This document shows, piece after piece, positions 1 to 8,278 of a stretch of 64,000 bases of DNA. Origin of the DNA: Eubacteriales bacterium. Lineage in GTDB: Bacteria > Bacillota > Clostridia > Oscillospirales > CAG-272. Position 1 is the stretch's first letter; each line of letters begins with the position of its first letter. The position numbers were made by a program, and so were the translations under genes. The stretch spans positions 10,636 to 74,635 of the forward strand of contig JAXFQY010000045.1 in assembly GCA_034178705.1 (NCBI GenBank), given 5' to 3'. Below the pieces are notes generated by a model that was not told the origin of the DNA, did no database searches, and saw nothing but the letters and a program-made list of their open reading frames with translations.

Positions 1-131
1 CTACGAAATATCTTCCAAGCTTCTGAGAAAGGTAGAAAGTGAAACACTGAACGTAAGCGACTCCCTGTACGACATCGGCGGTGTTGAATATGTCAACATT
101 GTCATGCAGAATGAAGAGATATCCAACTGAG

Positions 132-1574
132 ATGAAAAAACACCTTCTGACGGTTCTGCTCTGTGCATTCTTGATCTCTCTTGCGGGATGCTCCGGTAAA
201 ACACCTGAGCCGCCGGATAATATAACCGCCGTCCCGGAAGGAGAAACGGTGAAAATCAGCTGGACCCCCTCCGACAATGCCGTTTGCTACAGACTATACC
301 GCAAAACCGAACGGGCATCGGATTACAAATATCTGTGCGATCTGCAGAACACGGAGTATACGGATACCGATGTCCTTCCCGGAGACTCCTATCGGTATAA
401 AGTCGAGATTGTTTACTCCGACTGCATTTCCGCCGGTGCTGAAACGGCGATCGTTACCGTTCCCATGCCGACATCAAACACCGAATGTCCTGCACTGACT
501 CAGCCGGTGATTACCTCTGTCACCCGCATGGACAAATACACAGTCGTTCTCCAGATTGCGGAACAGGATCCGGAATGCGAATACGAGATCCTCCGCGCTG
601 CCGCCCCGGACGAAGAATACTCCGTGATCGATCGCGTCGATGAAAACATATATTATGACATTACCGCCGAGGACCGGGACTATACCTACACGGTTCGGGC
701 CATAACCGAGCAGCGGGAAAGCCCCGTTTCCTCTCCGGTAACGGTCGGGACGAATGCCAAAAGCGTATTCGGCGTCCCTGTACTGATGTATCACGAATTT
801 GTAACGCCCGAAGACCTTGCAAACGGAATTGATTTTGATAAATATGCCATTTTCAAAAGTGAGTTTGAAAGCGACCTTGCCTGGCTTCGGGATAACGGCT
901 ACACAACAATTACAACAAGGCAGTTGACAGATTATCTGAACGGCATAGGAACAATGCCTCCAAAGCCGATTCTGCTTACCATTGACGACGGTAAACTGGG
1001 CGTTTATAAAAATGCTTATCCGCTTCTGAAAGAATACGGAATGCAGGCGGTGCTCGCGGTGATCGGCTCTCGGATTGACCTTGCTACTCAGAAGCCGGAG
1101 TCAAGAGTCGATGATCCCGCGCCCTATTGCACTTGGAGTGAAATTGCGGCAATGTCCGAGTCGGGTGCGGTGGAGGTGATCAGTCATACTTACGGACTGC
1201 ATGTTTTCCAGCACAGCGGCAGGCAGGGAGCAAACTGTGCAGACGGAGAATCTCTTGAAAGCTTTCTCCCGATCGCGCAGAAGGATCATGCCCAAATCAT
1301 CAGCAAAGTTTTTTCTGCAACCGGGATAAGACCCGTCGCAATGTCGTATCCCTACTCCAAGCGCTCCGAAACCGCCGACTTGGCATGGCTGAAAAGCGGG
1401 TATCAGCTTCTGCTCGGCGGGGATAGTCCTAATGAGCGCCGGAGTTATATCAACTATTTCGTACAGGAAGCAGGAATTAACAGCAAATCTTCGGTTCTTC
1501 GCCGTCTTGTACGCATGACCGAAACCCCCGCGGCGGATTTGCTTGAAGAGGCAATCCGGCATGATGCCTATTGA
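132..1574 (+). CDS. Lipoprotein polysaccharide deacetylase (NodB/CE4-like) with N-terminal FN3-like repeats
   Basis: ORF 81..1574. The start at 132 gives a lipoprotein signal, MKKHLLTVLLCAFLISLAGC, with lipobox LAGC. There are two FN3-like repeats ('ISWTPSDNAVCYRLYRK', 'ECEYEILRAA'). The C-terminal half carries deacetylase-type motifs 'VPVLMYHEF', 'LLTIDDG' and 'ISHTYGLH'. Starts at 81 or 111 are not excluded. Confidence 0.8.
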   Translation: MKKHLLTVLLCAFLISLAGCSGKTPEPPDNITAVPEGETVKISWTPSDNAVCYRLYRKTERASDYKYLCDLQNTEYTDTDVLPGDSYRYKVEIVYSDCISAGAETAIVTVPMPTSNTECPALTQPVITSVTRMDKYTVVLQIAEQDPECEYEILRAAAPDEEYSVIDRVDENIYYDITAEDRDYTYTVRAITEQRESPVSSPVTVGTNAKSVFGVPVLMYHEFVTPEDLANGIDFDKYAIFKSEFESDLAWLRDNGYTTITTRQLTDYLNGIGTMPPKPILLTIDDGKLGVYKNAYPLLKEYGMQAVLAVIGSRIDLATQKPESRVDDPAPYCTWSEIAAMSESGAVEVISHTYGLHVFQHSGRQGANCADGESLESFLPIAQKDHAQIISKVFSATGIRPVAMSYPYSKRSETADLAWLKSGYQLLLGGDSPNERRSYINYFVQEAGINSKSSVLRRLVRMTETPAADLLEEAIRHDAY

Positions 1575-1598
1575 ATTTCAGGGAAGGGAGTACAGAAC

Positions 1599-3074
1599 AT
1601 GAAGTACAAAGCAGCAGGTGCCGCCGCATGCCTCTGTGCGATGCTTCTGTCGGCGGTGCTCGCGGTCTTTGCCGGGCAAACGGAAACCCGTTACCATCAG
1701 CATATGGAGGCGACGGAAAAAGCGCAATGTACGCACGGAGAAGATGTTTTCTGTACCCATCTGCCGTTGGTTCAAATCAATACGAACGATGCGGAAATTC
1801 CGGGCAGATCGGTTTTTGATCAAAACGGCTATCTGACGGGATATACGCAGACCCCCGACGGACAAGACAGCATCTTTGCCGAGATCACGATCACCGATCA
1901 GAAAAATACGAACAATCACATCGGGGATCTTGCCGCGCTCAACAGCAGAATCATCATTCATGTTCGGGGCAATTCCTCCAGAAGCTTTGACAAAGCAAGC
2001 TATGCCGTCAGGCTTGTGACCGACAGCGGAGAAAACAATCCGCAGAGCATAATGGGGATGGATGCTCACCACGAATGGGTACTGCACGGACCTTTTCTGG
2101 ACAAAACCCTGATGCGCAACTACATGTGGTACAATATCGCCGGGGAGATCATGGATTACGCTCCCAATGTCCGATTCTGTGAGGTCATGCTGAACGGAGA
2201 CTATCAGGGCATATATGTGATGGCGGAAACCATTACCGCCGGAAAAAACGGCGCCAGGCTGAATCTCTCGGTCAACAAAAAAAGCAATACCTTTTCTGGA
2301 TATCTGCTCCAACTGGATCGCGGCAGCACCGATCCGCTCAAAAACATCAGCCAATTCTCCGATTATACGCAGCGCGCCCAAAGCCTTCTCAACATTGAAT
2401 ACCCTGGGGCAGATAATCTGACCGAGGAATTGAGCGAAGCGATCCGTCAGGACTTCTCCCGGTTTGAGAAAGCGCTGTATTCCTATGATTTCGACGATCC
2501 CAAGTACGGCTATCGTAGCTTTCTTGATATGGAATCTTTCGCGGACTACTTCATCCTCAATGAGCTTACCTGCAACTATGACGCAGGCTCGCTGTCTACT
2601 TATATTTATAAGGACACCGACAGAAAACTCCGTCTCTGCATCTGGGATTTCAACTCCGCCTGTGATGCCTATCAGGATACCATCATTCTGCCGCAGCACT
2701 TTGAAATGCAGAATTGTCTGTGGTATGTGATGCTGATCAAGGATGAAGCTTTTGTGGAAAAAATCATTTCCCGCTATCAAAGTCTCCGGAAAACCTATCT
2801 CAGCGATGAATATCTGAACGATTACATAGACGGAGTGATTTCTTATCTCGGTCCGGCAATAGAACGCAACTATGAAAAGTGGGGATACACCTTTGGAGAG
2901 GAGTATGACCTGCTCAAACCGACAGAGCGAAATCCCCGGACCTACGAAGAAGCAGTGGAAAAAATGAAAAGCTTTTTGGAAGCACGAACGGCGTGGCTGG
3001 ATGAAAATATTGAATCCCTGCGTCAGTATTGCGCCGAGTCAAGGGTCAAAAAATTCAACGAAAATGCCAACTGA
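1599..3074 (+). CDS. CotH-family (atypical kinase) protein with N-terminal signal/anchor
   Basis: ORF 1599..3074 with GGGAG upstream. The hydrophobic N-terminus is MKYKAAGAAACLCAMLLSAVLAVFAG. CotH-family-like blocks are present: 'IIHVRGNSSRSFDKASY', 'MRNYMWYNIAGE', 'NELTCNYDAGSLSTYIY' and 'CIWDFNSA'. Confidence 0.8.
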   Translation: MKYKAAGAAACLCAMLLSAVLAVFAGQTETRYHQHMEATEKAQCTHGEDVFCTHLPLVQINTNDAEIPGRSVFDQNGYLTGYTQTPDGQDSIFAEITITDQKNTNNHIGDLAALNSRIIIHVRGNSSRSFDKASYAVRLVTDSGENNPQSIMGMDAHHEWVLHGPFLDKTLMRNYMWYNIAGEIMDYAPNVRFCEVMLNGDYQGIYVMAETITAGKNGARLNLSVNKKSNTFSGYLLQLDRGSTDPLKNISQFSDYTQRAQSLLNIEYPGADNLTEELSEAIRQDFSRFEKALYSYDFDDPKYGYRSFLDMESFADYFILNELTCNYDAGSLSTYIYKDTDRKLRLCIWDFNSACDAYQDTIILPQHFEMQNCLWYVMLIKDEAFVEKIISRYQSLRKTYLSDEYLNDYIDGVISYLGPAIERNYEKWGYTFGEEYDLLKPTERNPRTYEEAVEKMKSFLEARTAWLDENIESLRQYCAESRVKKFNENAN

Positions 3075-3088
3075 CGGGAAGCAGATAA

Positions 3089-5275
3089 ATGAAAAAGTTT
3101 ATTATAATTGTTTCCGTAATCGTTGCGGTGATCATCCTTGCCGACACCGCTTTCTACCGGTGGGGCGTCTATCTTGATTTTCAGCCGAACAAGCCGGTCA
3201 CGACCTTTGTTAAGACCGATGAGGATCAGCTCTATATCAACCGAGGAAACGGCTATGAGCCTTTTGAAATCAAAGGCGTCAATCTCGGCTCCGGAGAACC
3301 GGGGGAATGGTCTACGGATTTTGCCATTGACAAAAGCACTTATCTGCGCTGGTTCCGTTACATACAGGAAATGGGAGCCAATACAATCCGCGTTTATACC
3401 GTACAGGCGGATGATTTCTATAACGCCTTTTACGAATACAACAAGGATAACCCCGATCCTCTTTGGCTGATACACGGTGTCTGGGTAAATGATTACATCC
3501 AGAACTCTCGCCGCGACGCTTACGACAGTGATTTCTACGACGCTTTTCTGGAGCACTGCAAAACCGCGGTGGATGTAATCCACGGGAACAAAAAGATCTC
3601 CAACGGTCGCGCGGCATCCCAAGGTTCCGGAACCTACAACAAAGATATTTCCGCCTGGGTAATCGGCTATATTCTGGGAGTTGAATGGGAAGATGTCACC
3701 GTTGCCTACACCGATGAAAAATTCAAGGAAAAAAACGGCTATAACTCTTATGAGGGAGAGTACATGTACACAACGCAGGAAGCCTCCCCTTTCGAAGCCA
3801 TGCTTGCCCGTGTAGGGGATAAGGTTATTGCCTATGAATCCAAGCGCTATAAGCAGCAGCGGCTGGTTGCCTTCTCCAATTGGCCGACAACAGACCCTTT
3901 TGAATACCCCGATAATATCGAGAAGTTCTTTATGAAGTGTGCCGCGGTTGATGTCGAGCATATCCAAACCACAGAGGCTTTTTTATCCGGGCAATTTGCA
4001 TCTTACCATGTATATCCCTATTATCCGGACTATCTGAACTACATAGAAGATTGGACTTTCTTCGGAATTACCGACCTATCAGAGTTTCTGACCGAGGACG
4101 GAAAGATAAACACCTACCGCGCTTATCTCTCTCTGCTTACCGCACATCATACCATGCCCGTCGTCATTTCGGAATTCGGTGTCTCAACCGGCAGAGGAAT
4201 GGCACAGAAGGATCAGAACACCGGGCGCAATCAGGGAAACATGTCCGAAACCGAACAGGGGCAGGCACTGATCGACTGCTATGCCGATATCAAAGCGGTC
4301 GGCTGTGCAGGCTGCTGTGTCTTTTCCTGGCAGGATGAGTGGTTCAAGCGCACCTGGAACACGATGTATGCCGTGGATCTGACCCGAACTCCTTACTGGT
4401 CGGATTATCAGACAAACGAACAGTATTTCGGGCTCCTCTCGTTTGACCCCGGAAAGGAAACCAGCATCTGTTATGTCGACGGGAATGTCTCGGAATGGTC
4501 GGACGACGATCTTGTCTGGCAGAGCGATAACTGCAGTCTTTCGATGAAATATGATGAAAAATTCCTATACTTTCTGATCCGCAAAGACGGACTTGATTTT
4601 GAAAAAGAAACGCTCTATCTTCCGATTGATACCACAACAAAAAGCGGCAGCAGCTATTGTCGGAACTATGATCTGCTGTTTGACCGAGCCGTGGATTTTC
4701 TGCTGGTAATCGACGGTTCGGATAACAGCCGTCTGCAGGTGCAGGAACGTTATGAAAGTCTGCGCTCCACTTACTCGCAAAACGTATGGGCATTTGATAC
4801 CTATATCCAAGGTCATATCCCCGACATTGATTCTCCGTTGTTTGTCAACATTGATATGATTCTGCAAACAGCAACACCGCTGCTCTACCTGGACAACACT
4901 GCACCCGCCGAGGTATACGAAACCGGCAAGCTTACCTACGGGAATGCCAATCCCGACAGCAGTGACTATAATTCTCTTGCGGACTTTATTTGCAGCGGCA
5001 ACTATATTGAAGTCAAGCTTCCTTGGCAGCTGCTCAACTTCTCGGACCCGTCCAGAATGATGATTCATGACGACTATTACAGCGGAAATTACGGCGTGGA
5101 ATTCATCTCCCTTGACGAAATGTATGTCGGTCTTTCCTGCGGCAAGGAGAACGGGAGGATCTCGCTTTCCGCCGTGCCGCTGAAGGGATGGGGAAACCGG
5201 GTTCGCTATCATGAACGGCTGAAGCCCTCTTACTACATACTGCAAAGCGTCTGGAGTCAACCAAGTGAAAATTGA
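3089..5275 (+). CDS. Membrane-anchored TIM-barrel (clan GH-A-like) glycoside hydrolase/transglycosylase-like protein
   Basis: ORF 3089..5275, 14 nt after the CotH stop. One N-terminal TM helix (IIIVSVIVAVIILADTAF). Clan-A-like pattern: 'FEIKGVNLG', 'GANTIRVYTV', 'VVISEFGVSTG', 'FSWQDEWFKRTWN'. A long C-terminal beta-rich region follows. The GH family cannot be assigned by eye. Confidence 0.6.
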   Translation: MKKFIIIVSVIVAVIILADTAFYRWGVYLDFQPNKPVTTFVKTDEDQLYINRGNGYEPFEIKGVNLGSGEPGEWSTDFAIDKSTYLRWFRYIQEMGANTIRVYTVQADDFYNAFYEYNKDNPDPLWLIHGVWVNDYIQNSRRDAYDSDFYDAFLEHCKTAVDVIHGNKKISNGRAASQGSGTYNKDISAWVIGYILGVEWEDVTVAYTDEKFKEKNGYNSYEGEYMYTTQEASPFEAMLARVGDKVIAYESKRYKQQRLVAFSNWPTTDPFEYPDNIEKFFMKCAAVDVEHIQTTEAFLSGQFASYHVYPYYPDYLNYIEDWTFFGITDLSEFLTEDGKINTYRAYLSLLTAHHTMPVVISEFGVSTGRGMAQKDQNTGRNQGNMSETEQGQALIDCYADIKAVGCAGCCVFSWQDEWFKRTWNTMYAVDLTRTPYWSDYQTNEQYFGLLSFDPGKETSICYVDGNVSEWSDDDLVWQSDNCSLSMKYDEKFLYFLIRKDGLDFEKETLYLPIDTTTKSGSSYCRNYDLLFDRAVDFLLVIDGSDNSRLQVQERYESLRSTYSQNVWAFDTYIQGHIPDIDSPLFVNIDMILQTATPLLYLDNTAPAEVYETGKLTYGNANPDSSDYNSLADFICSGNYIEVKLPWQLLNFSDPSRMMIHDDYYSGNYGVEFISLDEMYVGLSCGKENGRISLSAVPLKGWGNRVRYHERLKPSYYILQSVWSQPSEN

Positions 5276-6398
5276 AACGCTGATTTATGCCTATCTGGCG
5301 ATTTGCGCGGCCATGATTGTATTCAATCTCGTTTGTATTTTTATTTTCCGCCGCAGAGAGAAAAAAATAACCAAACGCAGCAAGGACTTTACCGAGAGAA
5401 TCACAAATCAGATAAACTCCTGTGAATCCGATCCGGAAGCCGAACCGGACGCCTCCTTCCGAAAATATCTTGCAAAAAAACTGCGGCATGTCAATCATCT
5501 TATGGCGTTTGATGAAGCGCTGGATGCACTTTATGCCGAAAATCCGGAGGTCATTAAGCGGTTTTTGGAATCTCTGACCCCGGTCTTTATCTACCTGACT
5601 CTTGAATATCGCAAGAAAAACGCGCTCAAGGCAGCATACTTTCCCTATATTATCAAAAAATACGGCGTCTTTCGCGGGAAAAACATCGCTGTCATTTCCG
5701 ATATCATGCTGGATCTTGTAAAGGAACCCAGTCTTTACTGCCGGGAAAACGCCCTGCAGGTTCTTTACTCCATCGGCAACAGCGAAGGTGTTCTCAGCGC
5801 GCTGGCGATTCTGGACAGCGGAACCCGCTATCACCATCACAAGCTGATCACCGACGGACTGCTGAACTTTGCTGGAGACTCAGAGAAGCTCGGAGAGCTT
5901 CTCTGGCAAAAGCTCTCCGATTTCTCGGTTCCCATGCGTGTTGCCATTCTGAACTATTTCCGTTTTTCCTCTTCCCGTCACTGCGCGGCGATGCTGCGTC
6001 TTATGACCGAACCGCAGCAGAACGATGAGGTTTGTTACAGCTGCATCCGCTATTTCGGGAAATATCCATACGAACCTGCCTTCCCGTATCTGCTGGATTA
6101 TGTCGGGAATGAGGATTCGGAAAACTGGGAATATGCAGCGATTGCTGCCTCGGCGCTGGCTCTCTATCCCTCGAAAAAAACCGAAGAGCTGCTGATCGAA
6201 AAACTCTCCAGCCCTAACTGGTATGTACGGTTCAATGCGGCAAAAAGTCTGGAGCTGCTTGGACTGGACTATACGCAGCTCATCGATGTATTTGAGGGAG
6301 AGGACAGGTATGCCGGAGAAATGATGCGCTACCGATTTGATCGAAAAAAACTGCGAGAGGAGGAAAAAATGCACTCCCATGAATCCATCCCTGTTTGA
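5265..6398 (+). CDS. Membrane-anchored HEAT/ARM-like repeat protein
   Basis: The GTG start at 5265 overlaps the upstream stop by 11 nt. N-terminal TM helix (LIYAYLAICAAMIVFNLVCIFIF). The remainder is helical repeats, including HEAT/PBS-lyase-like 'NWYVRFNAAKSLELLG' and 'CRENALQVLYSIG'. Confidence 0.7.
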   Translation: MKIETLIYAYLAICAAMIVFNLVCIFIFRRREKKITKRSKDFTERITNQINSCESDPEAEPDASFRKYLAKKLRHVNHLMAFDEALDALYAENPEVIKRFLESLTPVFIYLTLEYRKKNALKAAYFPYIIKKYGVFRGKNIAVISDIMLDLVKEPSLYCRENALQVLYSIGNSEGVLSALAILDSGTRYHHHKLITDGLLNFAGDSEKLGELLWQKLSDFSVPMRVAILNYFRFSSSRHCAAMLRLMTEPQQNDEVCYSCIRYFGKYPYEPAFPYLLDYVGNEDSENWEYAAIAASALALYPSKKTEELLIEKLSSPNWYVRFNAAKSLELLGLDYTQLIDVFEGEDRYAGEMMRYRFDRKKLREEEKMHSHESIPV

Positions 6399-7794
6399 AA
6401 TTGTAAAAGCCTTTCTGGACGGAGCCAACACGTTTTTTGTGATCTACCTGATCGGCTATTCCTCCTTTCTTTTTCTCGCGGTTGTAATCGGGTCCTCAGA
6501 GCTTTATAAAAAGCGTCAACAGGAACAGCTGAAAAACACGCTCTTACAGGATTACTTTATTCCCGTCAGCATTATTGTCCCTGCCTATAACGAAGAGGTT
6601 ACGGTTGTCGAAACCGTGCAGTCATTACTCGCACTTGACTATACTTTGTATGAAATTGTTGTAGTGGATGACGGTTCCAAGGATACAACCTCTCAAAAAC
6701 TGATTGAAGCCTTTCATATGCACCCCATCCGCAGACCGATCCGGAAACTGCTCTCCTGTCAACCGGAGGAATTTGTATATGAATCCGCGGAGCAAAAGGT
6801 TCCCCTGACCCTGATCCGGAAAAAGAACGGAGGAAAAGCAGACTCCCTCAACATGGGTATCAATGCCTGTCAGTACCCCTATTTCATCTGTATGGATGCC
6901 GATTCGGTTCTGCAATATGACTCTTTAAGCAAAATTGTGCACCCAATCATTGAACAAGAAAATATTGTCGCCGTCGGCGGCGCGGTCCGCCCTTCCAACA
7001 GCGTTGAGCTGGAAAACGGCAGAGTCGTGAATTACCGGCTTCCCAAAAACCTTCTCGCCTGTATGCAGGTACTGGAATATGACCGGTCTTTCCTTGCTTC
7101 CCGCATTCTCTTCGATAAATTCAACGGGTCCCTTATTATTTCCGGCGCATTCGGCTTATTCAAGAAGGAGACGGTGATTGCGGCAGGCGGTTATGACCCT
7201 TCAACCATGGGGGAGGATATGGAGCTTGTTGTTAAGCTTCATGAATACTGTGTTGCCAATGATATTCCCTATTCGATCCGTTACGCGCCCGACGCGATCT
7301 GCTGGTCACAGGTGCCCGAACGTCTTCGGGATCTTTGCAAGCAACGCAAACGGTGGCATCTCGGTCTGTTTCAGAGCATGTGGAAACATAAAAAAATTCT
7401 CGGGAACCCGAAATTCGGTGCGGTGGGCTTTATATCCTATATTTATTTTCTGCTTTATGAGCTGCTCTCCCCCTTCATCGAGCTTTTCGGAATCTTTACC
7501 ATGGTTGTCGCTTTTGCGGCGGATCTGATCAATGTTCCGTTTATGCTGTTGTTTTTCTTAACCTACGCTGTATTCGGCTGCGTTCTGACCCTTACCGCTT
7601 TTTTTGCGCGAATACAGACAATTGATTTGAAAGTTTCCTTTAAGGATGCTCTGAAAGCAATTCTCCTTTGCTTTTTTGAAATATCCTGTCTTCGGTTCAT
7701 TATGGCAGCGGTAAGAGCCACCGCTTTTATCGGATACAAGAAGAAAAAACTGAATTGGGGCAGAATTGAACGAAAAAAAATCAATTTGAAATAA
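6379..7794 (+). CDS. Processive family-2 glycosyltransferase (PgaC/IcaA/BcsA-type polysaccharide synthase)
   Basis: ORF 6337..7794 (TTG). ATG 6379 is preferred, with GAGGAGG upstream; it overlaps the HEAT gene stop. D,D,D,QxxRW signature present: 'VVVDDGSKD', 'CMDADS', 'GEDMELV', 'QRKRWHLG'. TM helices occur at the N-terminus and several at the C-terminus. No PilZ domain is visible. Confidence 0.88.
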   Translation: MNPSLFEIVKAFLDGANTFFVIYLIGYSSFLFLAVVIGSSELYKKRQQEQLKNTLLQDYFIPVSIIVPAYNEEVTVVETVQSLLALDYTLYEIVVVDDGSKDTTSQKLIEAFHMHPIRRPIRKLLSCQPEEFVYESAEQKVPLTLIRKKNGGKADSLNMGINACQYPYFICMDADSVLQYDSLSKIVHPIIEQENIVAVGGAVRPSNSVELENGRVVNYRLPKNLLACMQVLEYDRSFLASRILFDKFNGSLIISGAFGLFKKETVIAAGGYDPSTMGEDMELVVKLHEYCVANDIPYSIRYAPDAICWSQVPERLRDLCKQRKRWHLGLFQSMWKHKKILGNPKFGAVGFISYIYFLLYELLSPFIELFGIFTMVVAFAADLINVPFMLLFFLTYAVFGCVLTLTAFFARIQTIDLKVSFKDALKAILLCFFEISCLRFIMAAVRATAFIGYKKKKLNWGRIERKKINLK

Positions 7795-7804
7795 GGAGTC
7801 TAAA

Positions 7805-8278
7805 ATGGAAAAACCAACCTTGAAAAGTGCCTTCTTCGGATATTCCAAGACCAGTGTCTGCGAATACATTGCCCGTATCAGCGAGGAATTCAGCAAAAAA
7901 CTGATGGAGGTGAATGCGGACCACAAAAAAGAGCGGGAAGAGCTTAACGCAAGAATTGCCACGTTGGAGCAGGAGCTTGCTGAATACAGACGCGCTCATG
8001 CGAACATATCCGCTACCCTTCTGGAAGCACAGGAGCATGCGGAAGAATTAAAAACGCAGGCAGAAGCGGAGAACCAAAGATTGCGCGCAGAAAATGCAGA
8101 ACGGAATGCCGCGCAGCAAAAAAGAATGGAAGCCTATAAAGCAGAAGTCAATGAACTCCGAATTGGACTCTCCCTCTTTGCGGAGGAAACGGATCTGAAG
8201 CTGCAAACCCATCTGAACAAAATGGAGGAAATTCGAAGCAAATATGCGCCGGAAGAAGAAGGAGAAGAAGACTTATGA
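7805..8278 (+). CDS. DivIVA-like coiled-coil protein
   Basis: AAGGAG RBS 7 nt upstream. The N-terminus 'FFGYSKTSVCEYIARISEEF' resembles the DivIVA N-domain motif (F-x-GY-x-x-x-x-V-x-x-[FY]). The rest is charged heptad-like coiled coil with an acidic tail, EEEGEEDL. Confidence 0.65.
   Translation: MEKPTLKSAFFGYSKTSVCEYIARISEEFSKKLMEVNADHKKEREELNARIATLEQELAEYRRAHANISATLLEAQEHAEELKTQAEAENQRLRAENAERNAAQQKRMEAYKAEVNELRIGLSLFAEETDLKLQTHLNKMEEIRSKYAPEEEGEEDL

Noticed and set aside
1-204. Partial minus-strand ORF at the window edge (67 aa).
   Set aside because: It has no recognisable motif and overlaps the likely 5' region and start of the deacetylase gene. It is too short and truncated to support.
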